A DNA stretch of 64,000 nucleotides, taken from contig NZ_DATDJO010000016.1 in assembly GCF_036520495.1 (NCBI RefSeq), positions 971 to 64,970 of the forward strand, in the 5' to 3' direction. Under the pieces are notes generated by a model. That model searched no databases and was not told where the DNA came from. It saw nothing but the letters and a program-made list of their open reading frames with translations. The translations under genes were made by a program, and so were the position numbers. This DNA comes from Povalibacter sp. Lineage in GTDB: Bacteria; Pseudomonadota; Gammaproteobacteria; Steroidobacterales; Steroidobacteraceae. Shown piece after piece: positions 9,918 through 18,780 of the stretch; position 1 is the stretch's first letter; each line of letters begins with the position of its first letter.

Positions 9918-10030
9918 GAGAGAAAGAATCTCCACGGGGAACACGGGGTCAAAGAGCAACGGCACTCCCGGATCGACTTTGTTCCTACCCTGTGCCACCC
10001 CGTGCCCCCCGTGGAGACCTCTTCTCCTTG
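9918..10030. repeat. Intergenic palindromic repeat, family A copy 2 (between the two osmC paralogues)
   Basis: AGAAAGAATCTCCACGGGGAACACGGGGTC ... ACCCCGTGCCCCCCGTGGAGACCTCTTCTCC. Confidence 0.8.
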
Positions 10031-10063
10031 CCCGGTGAGTTTTCGCACAAGAGGGTAGCTACG

Positions 10064-10495
10064 ATGAAACGCACAGCAACGGCCGTCTGGAACGGCGGAC
10101 TGAAAGACGGCAAGGGTACGATCTCGACGGAGAGCGGCGTGCTCGAGAACACGCAGTATTCGTTCAGCACGCGCTTCGAGGAGGGTAAGGGTACGAATCC
10201 CGAGGAACTCATCGCGGCCGCGCATGCCGGGTGTTTCTCGATGGCGCTGTCGGCCCAACTCGGCAACGAAGGCAAGACAGCGGAATCCATCGAAACCGAA
10301 GCGGCCGTGACGCTGCTCAAGACCGATGCCGGCTTCACGATCACTGCCGTGCATCTCAAGGTGCGCGCAAAAATCCCCGGCATGACGCCGCCCGAATTTC
10401 AGCAAGTCGCGGAAGCGGCCAAGACCGGCTGCCCCGTATCGCGTCTGCTCAAGGCAGAAATCACGATGGAGACACGGCTCGCGGGATGGACCTGA
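10064..10495 (+). CDS. osmC: Peroxiredoxin OsmC
   Basis: 143 aa. MKRTATAVWNGGLKDGKGTIS...AAHAGCFSMAL...KTGCPVSRLL is the classic OsmC pattern. The track ORF (9707..) is an artificial N-terminal extension through a repeat element. Confidence 0.85.
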   Translation: MKRTATAVWNGGLKDGKGTISTESGVLENTQYSFSTRFEEGKGTNPEELIAAAHAGCFSMALSAQLGNEGKTAESIETEAAVTLLKTDAGFTITAVHLKVRAKIPGMTPPEFQQVAEAAKTGCPVSRLLKAEITMETRLAGWT

Positions 10496-10496
10496 A

Positions 10497-10660
10497 GAGT
10501 AGTTGAGAGTTGATAGTGGAAAGTGGATAGCGAAGAGCCGCATCTCTTCGCTGTCAACTTTCACCATGCCGCGCTTGCTCTTCGCTAACCACTATCAACT
10601 ATCCACTTTCAACTCTATCCCGGCCTCCTCGCTATCCACTATCGACTTTCAACTTTCACC
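10497..10660. repeat. Intergenic repeat cluster, family C copy 1
   Basis: One forward arm, AGTTGAGAGTTGATAGTGGAAAGTGGATAGCGAAGAG. Three reverse-type arms: CTCTTCGCTGTCAACTTTCACC; CTCTTCGCTAACCACTATCAACTATCCACTTTCAACTC; CTCGCTATCCACTATCGACTTTCAACTTTCACC. Confidence 0.8.
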
Positions 10661-11850
10661 TGTATCGCCGTCTTTTTCGCCCACAGATAACACGCCGCAG
10701 CGAGCACGACTCCGGCGGTCATCAGGATCGCGAGCGTTGCGAGCGTACCGTCATTGAAGATGGCGACGGCGATGCCGGCGCACGTGGCGATCAGCGACTG
10801 CAGCGAGCCCATCAGCGCGGCTGCGGCTCCCGCGTTTTTCCCGTGGGGCGCAAGACCGAGCGCCGTGACGTTCGGTGTCACTCGCGCCGTGCACAGGAAG
10901 AAAGCGAATTGCAGTGCGATGACCAGCCACAGCGACATGTGGATCAATGCGGCGGTGCCGGCCAGCAGCAGTCCGACGACGGGTGGCCACCAGATCGTGC
11001 GGGCCAGCGATTCAGCCGGCCCGAACTTGCGCAACGCGCGCACATTCAGACGACTCGCCAGCAGGAACGCGATGCCATTGAACCCGAGCAGCCAGCCGTA
11101 CTGCTGCGGCGTCAGTGCGTACAGCTCCTGCATCACAGTCGCGGAGCCTGTGACGTAGCAGAACAGCGCACCTACCGCGAACCCGCCCACCAGCGAATAT
11201 CCGACGAGCGTGGGATCCAGAATGAGGCGTGCATACGTGCGCGCAATGCGTGGCGTACTGAACGGCACGATGTTCAGGGCGCTGCGTGATTCCTGCAGCA
11301 GGCTGTGCATCATGACCAGCAGAGCGGCGCCGAGGGCCGCCTGGAAATAGAAGGTGCCGCGCCAGCCGACCAGGGTAATGACCCATCCTCCCAGCGTCGG
11401 CGCCACGATGGGCCCCAGCGAAACGATCGACATCAGGATCGCGAATGCGCGGGCCGCCTCGTGCGGCTGACACCGATCGCGAATGATCGCGCGTCCGATG
11501 ACCAGGCCGCCGCACGCACCCAGCGCCTGCACGACACGCATCACCGTAAGCATGGTCATGTTGGTCGCCAGCGCACAGCCGATGGCGCCGATCACATAGA
11601 GCACGAAGCCGACGTAAAGCGGCGGTTTGCGCCCGAACCGATCGCTGATCGGCCCATACACCAGCTGACCGAGCGTGATGCCGATCAGATAGGCCGCCAT
11701 CGTGCGCTCGACGCCTTGTTCCGCGAATTCCCGCTCGATCATCGGGAAGCCCGGCAGGTACATGTCGATCGAGAACGGCCCGACGCCACTCATGGCGCCG
11801 ACCAGCAGGAGCCAACCTGGAATACGATGCGGCCGCGAATCGAGTGTCAT
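10639..11850 (-). CDS. MFS drug efflux transporter, Bcr/CflA subfamily
   Basis: GVGPFSIDMYLPGFP...GPISDRFGRKPPL and 12 hydrophobic segments. Start trimmed to MTLDSRPH at 11850. The last ~8 codons are supplied by repeat element C1. Confidence 0.85.
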   Translation of the reverse strand: MTLDSRPHRIPGWLLLVGAMSGVGPFSIDMYLPGFPMIEREFAEQGVERTMAAYLIGITLGQLVYGPISDRFGRKPPLYVGFVLYVIGAIGCALATNMTMLTVMRVVQALGACGGLVIGRAIIRDRCQPHEAARAFAILMSIVSLGPIVAPTLGGWVITLVGWRGTFYFQAALGAALLVMMHSLLQESRSALNIVPFSTPRIARTYARLILDPTLVGYSLVGGFAVGALFCYVTGSATVMQELYALTPQQYGWLLGFNGIAFLLASRLNVRALRKFGPAESLARTIWWPPVVGLLLAGTAALIHMSLWLVIALQFAFFLCTARVTPNVTALGLAPHGKNAGAAAALMGSLQSLIATCAGIAVAIFNDGTLATLAILMTAGVVLAAACYLWAKKTAIQVKVESR

Positions 11851-11970
11851 GGATCGGAAGACAGGAAACGATACGCACAGAGTACACGACCAACGGAAGT
11901 CCCCAGGGGGACGACCAACGGAAGTGCCCAGGGACGGCCAGCGGAAGTCCAGGAGGCAACCCCTCGGCGT
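11851..11970. repeat. Tandem ~24-bp repeat x3, family D copy 2 (upstream of the MFS gene)
   Basis: CGACCAACGGAAGTCCCCAGGGGGA / CGACCAACGGAAGTGCCCAGGGA / CGGCCAGCGGAAGTCCAGGAGG. CGGAAGT recurs at 11894, 11919 and 11942. Confidence 0.8.
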
Positions 11971-12190
11971 TCGTCGGATCACAGATCACCTGCCACGACG
12001 CCGCGCCTGCGCTACCGATGTTTCAGCGCAGAGCCGTCCCTGAATCCGGGTGACTCCCGACCCCAACCCCAGGCTCGGGACGATTTGCATCCAGGGCCCC
12101 GTGATCGAAGACCGTTCAAAGCGCCCGGCGATCGGTGCATGATTCAGCCATTGATCCGCATTACAGCCCGACTCACAACGAGGACGAGTC

Positions 12191-13063
12191 ATGACCACCG
12201 GTTCCTGCCTTTGCGGCACCGTCCGCTACGAAATCAACGGTCCATATCAGTGGATGGCTCACTGTCACTGCTCGATGTGCCGCAAACATCACGGCTCGCT
12301 GTTCGGCACCACCGTGGGCGTGACAGGCGAAAACTTTCGCTGGCTCGCGGGAGAGGACGCCATCGTCCACTACCGTTCCTCCGCGGCGTATGAGCGTCCG
12401 TTCTGTTCGCAATGCGGCTCGCCGGTGCCTCACGCGGCAGGGCCGGTCGTCATTTGCCCCGCGGGTGGACTCGAGGACGATCTGGATGCGAAACCGCTGG
12501 CACACATCTTCGTCAGTTCGAAATCGCCGCTGCACGAGATCAACGACGATCTGCAGCGCTTCGATGAATATCCACCGGGCTACGGAACCGCCATGCCGAC
12601 TCCGCAGAATCCCGCGGTGACCGCCGGCGGAACAGCGCTCCATGGCGGCTGTCTGTGCGGCGCAGTTGCATTCGAGATCGACGAGCAGCCGCGCAATCTC
12701 GTGAACTGCCATTGTTCACGCTGTCGCAAAAGCCGCGGCGCGGCTCACGGTACGAACTTCTTCACCCGGCTGGAAAAACTGCGCTGGACTCGCGGCGAGG
12801 ACAGCATTCGAACCTACAAGGTGCCCGGCGCGGAACTGTTCGCTGTCAGTTTCTGCGCCGATTGCGGCAGCAGCCTGCCCGCGCCGTTCACACCGATCAA
12901 ACGCTTCATCGTGCCGGCCGGCGCAGTCGATACGCCATTGCCCATCAAGGTGGGCATCAACATCTGGGTGGGATCGAAAGCGCCCTGGTTCGACCTGGCC
13001 GACGGGCTGCCGCGGTTCGAGGCCATGCCGCCCATGGATCGCGTGCGTGAAGTGATGTTCTAA
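12191..13063 (+). CDS. Tandem-duplicated GFA (glutathione-dependent formaldehyde-activating/CENP-V-like) zinc protein
   Basis: Two copies of the GFA Cys pattern: CLCGTVRYE...CHCSMCRKHHG...CSQCG and CLCGAVAFE...CHCSRCRKSRG...CADCG. Confidence 0.8.
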   Translation: MTTGSCLCGTVRYEINGPYQWMAHCHCSMCRKHHGSLFGTTVGVTGENFRWLAGEDAIVHYRSSAAYERPFCSQCGSPVPHAAGPVVICPAGGLEDDLDAKPLAHIFVSSKSPLHEINDDLQRFDEYPPGYGTAMPTPQNPAVTAGGTALHGGCLCGAVAFEIDEQPRNLVNCHCSRCRKSRGAAHGTNFFTRLEKLRWTRGEDSIRTYKVPGAELFAVSFCADCGSSLPAPFTPIKRFIVPAGAVDTPLPIKVGINIWVGSKAPWFDLADGLPRFEAMPPMDRVREVMF

Positions 13064-13071
13064 AAGAGGCA

Positions 13072-13099
13072 GCGGTGGAGTCGCAGAGGACTCCACCGC
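13072..13099. terminator. Bidirectional hairpin between convergent genes
   Basis: GCGGTGGAGTC-gcagag-GACTCCACCGC, an 11-bp perfect stem between the GFA gene stop (13063) and the OMP gene stop (13110). The T-tracts are weak. Confidence 0.5.
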
Positions 13100-13109
13100 G
13101 CCGTTCGCA

Positions 13110-13805
13110 TCAGAAGCGATAGGCCGCCAGCAACGTTACGGATTCGACGTCGGTCTCGCCGGTGTCATCTTCGTTACCGACATCCTTGTACAGCAGATAG
13201 TCGAGGCCCAGCGTCCAGTTGGCGCCGATGAACCAGGACACGCCGGCGCCATAGAAGACGTCCGTGTCACTGCTGGAAATACCGTCGGAACCATTGCCAA
13301 CGTCACCCGCGACACTCACTTCAATCTCGGTCTCGGAGAAGAAGATCCCAAGCTTGCCGTGCAGATCGAACGATTCCCCGAGTGGGATGCCGCCGATGAC
13401 TGCCGTGGTGAAACCCGTTGAAGAGAAGTCGATTCCCAGATCAGCCTGTAGCGACGTGACCGGGCCTGGAGGATTCACGAGTCCCCCGGCGCGATATTCA
13501 AACGTGCCGAGATCCAGGTAACTGGCTTCGAGGGCGAGATATGGATTCAACCGATAGCCTGCAGTTACGGACCAGGTCGTGACCCCGTCGTCGAGTGACG
13601 AACTGCCGGTACCGGCAATCAGCGGCACACCCGCGAATAAAAAAACGTCCTCCGCCAGAAAATCCAGTTCCTCCTGATCGAGGTCCGCCGTGGCCTGCCC
13701 ACCCTGGACGCCTACATAAAAGCCCGCTTCCGCTGCGTTCGCCGACGAGAGCGCCATTGCCATTGCCAGTCCCACGGCCGAGACCAGATTCCTGTTGGTA
13801 ATCAT
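13110..13805 (-). CDS. Outer-membrane beta-barrel protein (OmpA-like/porin family)
   Basis: Signal peptide ...AMALSSANA, alternating beta-strand pattern, and terminal aromatic (..LLAAYRF). Confidence 0.7.
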   Translation of the reverse strand: MITNRNLVSAVGLAMAMALSSANAAEAGFYVGVQGGQATADLDQEELDFLAEDVFLFAGVPLIAGTGSSSLDDGVTTWSVTAGYRLNPYLALEASYLDLGTFEYRAGGLVNPPGPVTSLQADLGIDFSSTGFTTAVIGGIPLGESFDLHGKLGIFFSETEIEVSVAGDVGNGSDGISSSDTDVFYGAGVSWFIGANWTLGLDYLLYKDVGNEDDTGETDVESVTLLAAYRF

Positions 13806-13948
13806 TACCCACTCCCATTATTGGTTCGTTCCTTCGCCGCCAACACCGCGTCAGCGGTCGTGGCCATTGTAGGAGTGGCTCCAGGCAACTAGCGCTTTTT
13901 GTGCCTGGTCGTGACGGGCTCTCACTGCTCGTCCAACACGCAGAATCC

Positions 13949-14356
13949 TCAGGCCTGCAGCGATAGATCCCAGAACGCCGCTTCGATCTTGTGCCCGTCA
14001 GGATCGCGAACGAAGCAGCCGTAGTACGGCGCGCCATATTCTTCGCGCGGCCCGGGTGCGCCATCCGCTACCACGCCGGCGGATACCGCTGCCTCGTAGA
14101 AGGCATTCACCTCCTGCTTGCTGGCAGCGACGAAGCCGAAATGCGTGCCATTGCCGATCGACGCAGGCTTGCCATCGAACGGTGCTCCGATCCAGAACTC
14201 CGGATACTGCTTGCCATAAGCAATCGCGCCTGGATGCTGCATGATCCGCTTGCATCCGAGGGTCGCCAGCACGCGATCGTAGAAGGCACTGGCACGCTCG
14301 AAATCGTTGGTACCGATCGATACGTGCGACAGGATGCTGGGATTCTCGTCGCTCAT
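13949..14356 (-). CDS. VOC-family (glyoxalase/bleomycin-resistance fold) protein
   Basis: 135 aa. LSHVSIGTNDFERASAFYD...GTHFGF...DPDGHKIEA is the typical VOC metal-ligand spacing. Confidence 0.8.
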   Translation of the reverse strand: MSDENPSILSHVSIGTNDFERASAFYDRVLATLGCKRIMQHPGAIAYGKQYPEFWIGAPFDGKPASIGNGTHFGFVAASKQEVNAFYEAAVSAGVVADGAPGPREEYGAPYYGCFVRDPDGHKIEAAFWDLSLQA

Positions 14357-14629
14357 GGCGGGCTCCTTGTTGGTTACGTGTTGTCAGCGCACGTTAGCAG
14401 CTGAACACGACAACCCATGGCAACTTTGTTTGCCCGGGTTGTATGTGCAGATCGCAGCGGTAAGGAAAGCGAAGTCGCCGCCGTCATCGGCAATGCCGCC
14501 ACGGCCGTGCATGTCGACCTCGGCGTGAGCGGGCAGGCTCAGCACATGATCGCCAGCGCCGAGAAAAGCGGACGGTCCGATGATGCCGCTGCACGAGCAG
14601 ACCGAGGAGAACTTCGATACCGTACACGG

Positions 14630-15280
14630 ATGCTGCCAATCCTGTACTCGTTCCGCCGCTGTCCCTACGCAATGCGGGCACGCCTGGCGCTCGATGCGAG
14701 CGCACAGGCGTGCGAACTTCGTGAGGTGGTACTGAAGCACAAGCCCGACGCCATGCTGCAGGCATCGCCGAAAGGCACCGTGCCGGTGCTGATCGTCAGC
14801 GACGGTACGGTCATCGACGAGAGCCTCGACATCATGACGTGGGCGCTGGATCGCAACGATCCCGAGCAGTGGCTGACGCCCGAGATGGAATCACACACGC
14901 AGATGCTGTCGCTGGTCCGGCAATTCGACACACATTTCAAATTCCATCTCGATCGCTACAAATATCCCACCCGTTACGCGGACGCCGATGCCGATGCCAG
15001 TCGTGACGAGGCCAGTGCGGACTTGCAGTCGCTGGAAGTCAGACTGACCGGCACCCGCTGGCTGTACGGCGAACGCACCGCCCTTGCCGATATGGCCATC
15101 GCGCCGTTCGTGCGTCAGTTCGCGAGCGTGGATGCAAGCTGGTTCGCAAGCCAGCCGTGGCCACAGGTGCGACGCTGGCTCGCAACGATCGTCGCCTCTG
15201 CACGATTCCAGCGCGTCATGCGACCAGTCGATGCGTGGATTGCAGGCGCACCGGGCATCGCTTTTCCATTCGATCACTGA
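14630..15280 (+). CDS. Glutathione S-transferase-like protein
   Basis: MLPILYSFRRCPYAMRARLAL...GTVPVLIVSDGTVIDESLDIM is a GST/glutaredoxin-like N-domain. Start trimmed to 14630 because the upstream 71 codons of the track ORF look non-coding. Confidence 0.7.
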   Translation: MLPILYSFRRCPYAMRARLALDASAQACELREVVLKHKPDAMLQASPKGTVPVLIVSDGTVIDESLDIMTWALDRNDPEQWLTPEMESHTQMLSLVRQFDTHFKFHLDRYKYPTRYADADADASRDEASADLQSLEVRLTGTRWLYGERTALADMAIAPFVRQFASVDASWFASQPWPQVRRWLATIVASARFQRVMRPVDAWIAGAPGIAFPFDH

Positions 15281-15604
15281 CCCATCTCACGGATGAATCT
15301 GCGGAGGTTTGCCGGTAACGTCCGCGGCGCCCGAATCCGTTCGTCGCCGACCGGCTGTTTGCCACGTGACCTGCCCGGGATATCGCGCGGCTCCTGCAGA
15401 ACAGGGCAGAACGAGGCTCGATGGTTGACGAATTCCGCAAGCTGCTCGGCTCGTTCTCGCATGGAGCACTTCGATATGTATTGAGGCATCAAAGCGCTGA
15501 CGCAGACGAGCGGGCGAACGGAACGCCTCCCGGAAGGGCAGTGGCATTCCCCCACCGATCCGTCCGGGATACTCTCCGCAGCAGGCGCTTCGGAGTCGAC
15601 ACGT

Positions 15605-16219
15605 ATGCCGTCACAGAGCTTTGTATCCGCACTTCCCTTCGTGCTGCGCTGGGAGGGCGGCTACGTCAACCATCGCAATGATCCCGGCGGTCCGACCAAT
15701 CGCGGCGTCACCCAGAAGGTGTACGACGACTGGCGCACGCGACAGGGATTACCGCCGCGCGACGTGCAGCAGCTCGAAGACGCCGAGATGCACGCCATCT
15801 ACGAAGCCGGCTACTGGATTCCTCCGCGCTGCGATCTGCTGCAAGGCAGCCTCGACCTGGTTCACTTCGATACCGCCGTCAACATGGGCGTGGGTCGTGC
15901 CGTGCGCTTCCTGCAGACGGTCGTGAAATGTCCTGCCGATGGCGACTTCGGCCCGGGCACTGAAAAGGCCGTCGCCGGCTGCGATCACGGAGCGGCCGTT
16001 GCCGCGTATTGCGACACGCGCGAGCAGTTCTACCGACGGCTCGTCGAGAAAGACGCCAAATTCGGCGACTTCCTCAAGGGTTGGCTGAACCGGTTGAATG
16101 CATTGCGTCGCGAAGTCGGCTTGCCCGGCTTCGAAGCCGCGGCGTCGCTGGATTTCGGCGACACCCATTACATCTATAACGTGTCCGGACTGGACCGGAT
16201 ACCCGGCGTAGATCGCTGA
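15605..16219 (+). CDS. GH108-type muramidase with C-terminal peptidoglycan-binding (PG_binding_3-like) domain
   Basis: LRWEGGYVNHRNDPGGPTNRGVTQ is the GH108 catalytic-Glu block. C-terminal DGDFGPGTEKA...FYRRLV...FLKGWLNRL matches the associated PG-binding domain. No signal peptide. Confidence 0.8.
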   Translation: MPSQSFVSALPFVLRWEGGYVNHRNDPGGPTNRGVTQKVYDDWRTRQGLPPRDVQQLEDAEMHAIYEAGYWIPPRCDLLQGSLDLVHFDTAVNMGVGRAVRFLQTVVKCPADGDFGPGTEKAVAGCDHGAAVAAYCDTREQFYRRLVEKDAKFGDFLKGWLNRLNALRREVGLPGFEAAASLDFGDTHYIYNVSGLDRIPGVDR

Positions 16220-16236
16220 ATCCCACGGGAGATCCC

Positions 16237-17175
16237 ATGCCGCACGTCACGTTCATACATGGCATCGCCAACAAACCGCCCGCGGACGACTTGCTGCGCA
16301 TCTGGCGCCGCACGCTCGCCGACGCCGCCGAGCCGCTGCCGCTCGGTGATCTCGGCGTCACGAGTTCTCTCGTCTACTGGGCCGACCTGATGTACGGCGA
16401 TCCCGACAGCGATCTGTCCGCGCACGAGGGCGTGCTGGAAAACACACCGCAGGCGGTGGACGCGAGCGGCGGCGAATCGCCACCACAGCCACGCAACGCC
16501 GAAGAAGCCGCATTCCTCGCCCGCCTGCGCAGCGAGATGACGGAATTGTCCGATGCAGAAATGGCGGCTCCCGATGCGCCTGCCGTACCGGCGCAGCCGC
16601 AGGGAGCACTCGAACGGGTACCGCTGCCATGGTTTCTCAAGAAACGCATCATGAATGCCTTCCTGCGCGACGTGCATCACTACCTGTTCGATGTCGAGTA
16701 CGCGCCGCCGGGGCGCAGCGCCGTGCACATCCAGCAGACGATCCGCCAACGATTCATCGATACGGTGTGTGATGCCGCGGTGACCCGGCCGCACATCGTC
16801 GTCTCGCACAGCATGGGCACCGTAATCGCCTACGACTGTCTCAAACGCGTCGGTACCTGCGCCAATGTCGATGGGTTCATCACCATCGGCAGCCCGCTGG
16901 GACTTGATGAAATCCAGGACAAGCTGCGTCCGGAATGGAATCGCGCAAACGGCTTTCCGCGCAGCAAGGTGGCCAGGGACTGGGTGAACATTTTCGACCG
17001 GCTCGATCCGGTGTGCGGCTTCGATCCCGCGCTCGCCAACGACTATCGTGACAACGACGTCGGCACGATCAAGGACCAGGTCGTCGTGAACGATGGCGCG
17101 TGGCGTCACTCGGCCACGAAGTACCTGCGGCAACCGGTGTTCGGCGCCACGCTGCGCGGCATGCTCGACCTGTAA
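16237..17175 (+). CDS. Lipase/esterase-like alpha/beta hydrolase (Ser-Asp-His)
   Basis: Oxyanion-type FIHGI at the N-terminus, nucleophile elbow VSHSMGT, later FDRLDPV and WRHS as Asp/His candidates. No signal peptide. Starts 18 nt after the upstream stop. Confidence 0.65.
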   Translation: MPHVTFIHGIANKPPADDLLRIWRRTLADAAEPLPLGDLGVTSSLVYWADLMYGDPDSDLSAHEGVLENTPQAVDASGGESPPQPRNAEEAAFLARLRSEMTELSDAEMAAPDAPAVPAQPQGALERVPLPWFLKKRIMNAFLRDVHHYLFDVEYAPPGRSAVHIQQTIRQRFIDTVCDAAVTRPHIVVSHSMGTVIAYDCLKRVGTCANVDGFITIGSPLGLDEIQDKLRPEWNRANGFPRSKVARDWVNIFDRLDPVCGFDPALANDYRDNDVGTIKDQVVVNDGAWRHSATKYLRQPVFGATLRGMLDL

Positions 17176-17179
17176 CCGC

Positions 17180-18772
17180 ATGGTCAACGACAGCGCTACG
17201 ACCGAGTTGCGCGCAACGGCGCAGCGCGTGCTCGATCAGCTCAGCGGTCTGAACGCGGCAGCGGCGCTGCCCGAGGCACGCAAGCTGGTGGAAACATTGC
17301 GCGATGCGCGCGAGTACGAGTGCCTCATTCAGCTGGCCGAAAGCCTGGGTCGCCTCGATCCGAAGGATGCAAAGACCCGGCGCCTGTACGCACAGGCGCT
17401 CATCGAGATGGGCCAGGTCAGCGTCGCCATCGATGTGCTGCAGGCGCTGGCCCATCGGCTCGACAAGGACGATCACGAACTCGCCGAAGCGACCGGATTG
17501 CTCGGGCGCGCATACAAGCAGATATTCTTCGATGCGCGCGACAAGACGGGCGCGGGCGCAAGGCATGCGCTGCAGCAGGCGATCGCCGCGTATCGCAAGC
17601 CGTTCGAAAACAATCCGGCCAATGTCTGGCATGGCGCCAACGTCGTCGCGCTGATCGCCAACTGCAAGCGCCTGGGCATTCCCATTGCCACCGACCTGAA
17701 TCCCGTCGCCGTCGCCACGCAGCTGGTGAACTCCCTCGAGTCGATGCCCGAGGCAAATCGCGATCAGTGGTATCTGCCTTCGCTGGCCGAGGCCTACCTG
17801 GGACTCGAGCGCTGGGACGATGTCGAACGCACCGTGCGTGCCTACGCCGCGGGTCCCGATGCCAAGGCATTCCTGATGGCGAGTTCCCTGCGTCAGTTCA
17901 CCAGGGTCTGGAATCTGGAAGACACGGAGCGCGGCCGTGGCCTGGTGTCGATCCTGCGCGCACGGCTGCTGGAAATGCAGGGTGGCGAGTTGCGACTGGA
18001 AGCGGCCGATCTGCAACGACTGCATCGACAGGCACCGCCGAGCGATGTGCAGCTCGAAGCCATTCTCGGCAAGCGCGGTGCGCAGACGTTCAAGTGGTGG
18101 AAGATGGGTGTGGCGCGGGCTCAGTCGGTGGCATCGATCCGTCCGCGCCTGGGCAGCCGCATTGGTACGGGCTTTCTGGTGAAAGCCGGCGACCTCGGCC
18201 TTATGCCACCCGACGAACTCGTGCTGCTCACCAACTTCCACGTCGTGAATCCGAACGGTGCGAGCCCCGGCATCCGTCCCGAAGATGCAGAGATCATTTT
18301 CGAGGCGGCGGATGCAGAAACGGTCTACGAAATCGACAAGTTGCTGTGGAGCTCACCGCCGGAACAATGCGACGCCAGTATTTTGCGACTCAACAAATCC
18401 GTCACCGGCATCGAGCCATTGCCGATCGCAAGAGCGCTGCCCGTGCTCGACGATTCGCCACAGGTGTACGTCGTCGGTTATCCGGGCGGCCGCGACCTGT
18501 CGTTCTCGTTCCAGGACAACGAACTGCTCGATCACGAGGGCCCGCCCGCCGGCAAGCCACAGATTCCGGATGTCTGTCGCGTGCATTACACCGCGCCGAC
18601 GGAAGGCGGCAGTTCCGGCAGTCCCGTGTTCAACGCAGCGTTGTGGCAGGTCATCGCCCTGCATCACAAGGGCGGCAAGATCGGCATGCCGCGACTGAAT
18701 GGCGCGACCGGCACCTATGCCGCCAATGAAGGCATTTCGATCCAGTCGATCGCAGCGTTTCCCAAACAGTAG
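17180..18772 (+). CDS. TPR-like (DUF4071/ASK1-type) regulatory domain fused to an S1 (trypsin-like) serine protease
   Basis: C-terminal triad blocks GTGFLV...LLTNFHVV, CDASILRL, GGSSGSPVF. The N-terminal ~330 aa are helical, with GLLGRAYKQ...AIAAYRKPFE...WHGANVVAL recalling DUF4071. ATG at 17180 lies 5 nt after the upstream stop. Start trimmed from the track ORF. Confidence 0.75.
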   Translation: MVNDSATTELRATAQRVLDQLSGLNAAAALPEARKLVETLRDAREYECLIQLAESLGRLDPKDAKTRRLYAQALIEMGQVSVAIDVLQALAHRLDKDDHELAEATGLLGRAYKQIFFDARDKTGAGARHALQQAIAAYRKPFENNPANVWHGANVVALIANCKRLGIPIATDLNPVAVATQLVNSLESMPEANRDQWYLPSLAEAYLGLERWDDVERTVRAYAAGPDAKAFLMASSLRQFTRVWNLEDTERGRGLVSILRARLLEMQGGELRLEAADLQRLHRQAPPSDVQLEAILGKRGAQTFKWWKMGVARAQSVASIRPRLGSRIGTGFLVKAGDLGLMPPDELVLLTNFHVVNPNGASPGIRPEDAEIIFEAADAETVYEIDKLLWSSPPEQCDASILRLNKSVTGIEPLPIARALPVLDDSPQVYVVGYPGGRDLSFSFQDNELLDHEGPPAGKPQIPDVCRVHYTAPTEGGSSGSPVFNAALWQVIALHHKGGKIGMPRLNGATGTYAANEGISIQSIAAFPKQ

Positions 18773-18780
18773 CGCACGCC

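Noticed and set aside
10497-10660. Cluster of TATCCAC words as a replication origin
   Set aside because: The boxes match only 7 of 9 positions. There is no adjacent AT-rich unwinding element and no dnaA/dnaN context, and the same element recurs inside an efflux operon. It is kept only as a low-probability DnaA-titration idea in the findings.
16174-18241. 337-aa and 390-aa antisense ORFs, plus a 469-aa same-strand off-frame ORF (17320-18729), over the hydrolase/protease cassette
   Set aside because: All three are Arg/Gly/Ala/Pro-rich with no recognisable domains. The chosen frames contain catalytic motifs (SHSMG; NFHVV, GSSGSP) and tight operon spacing.
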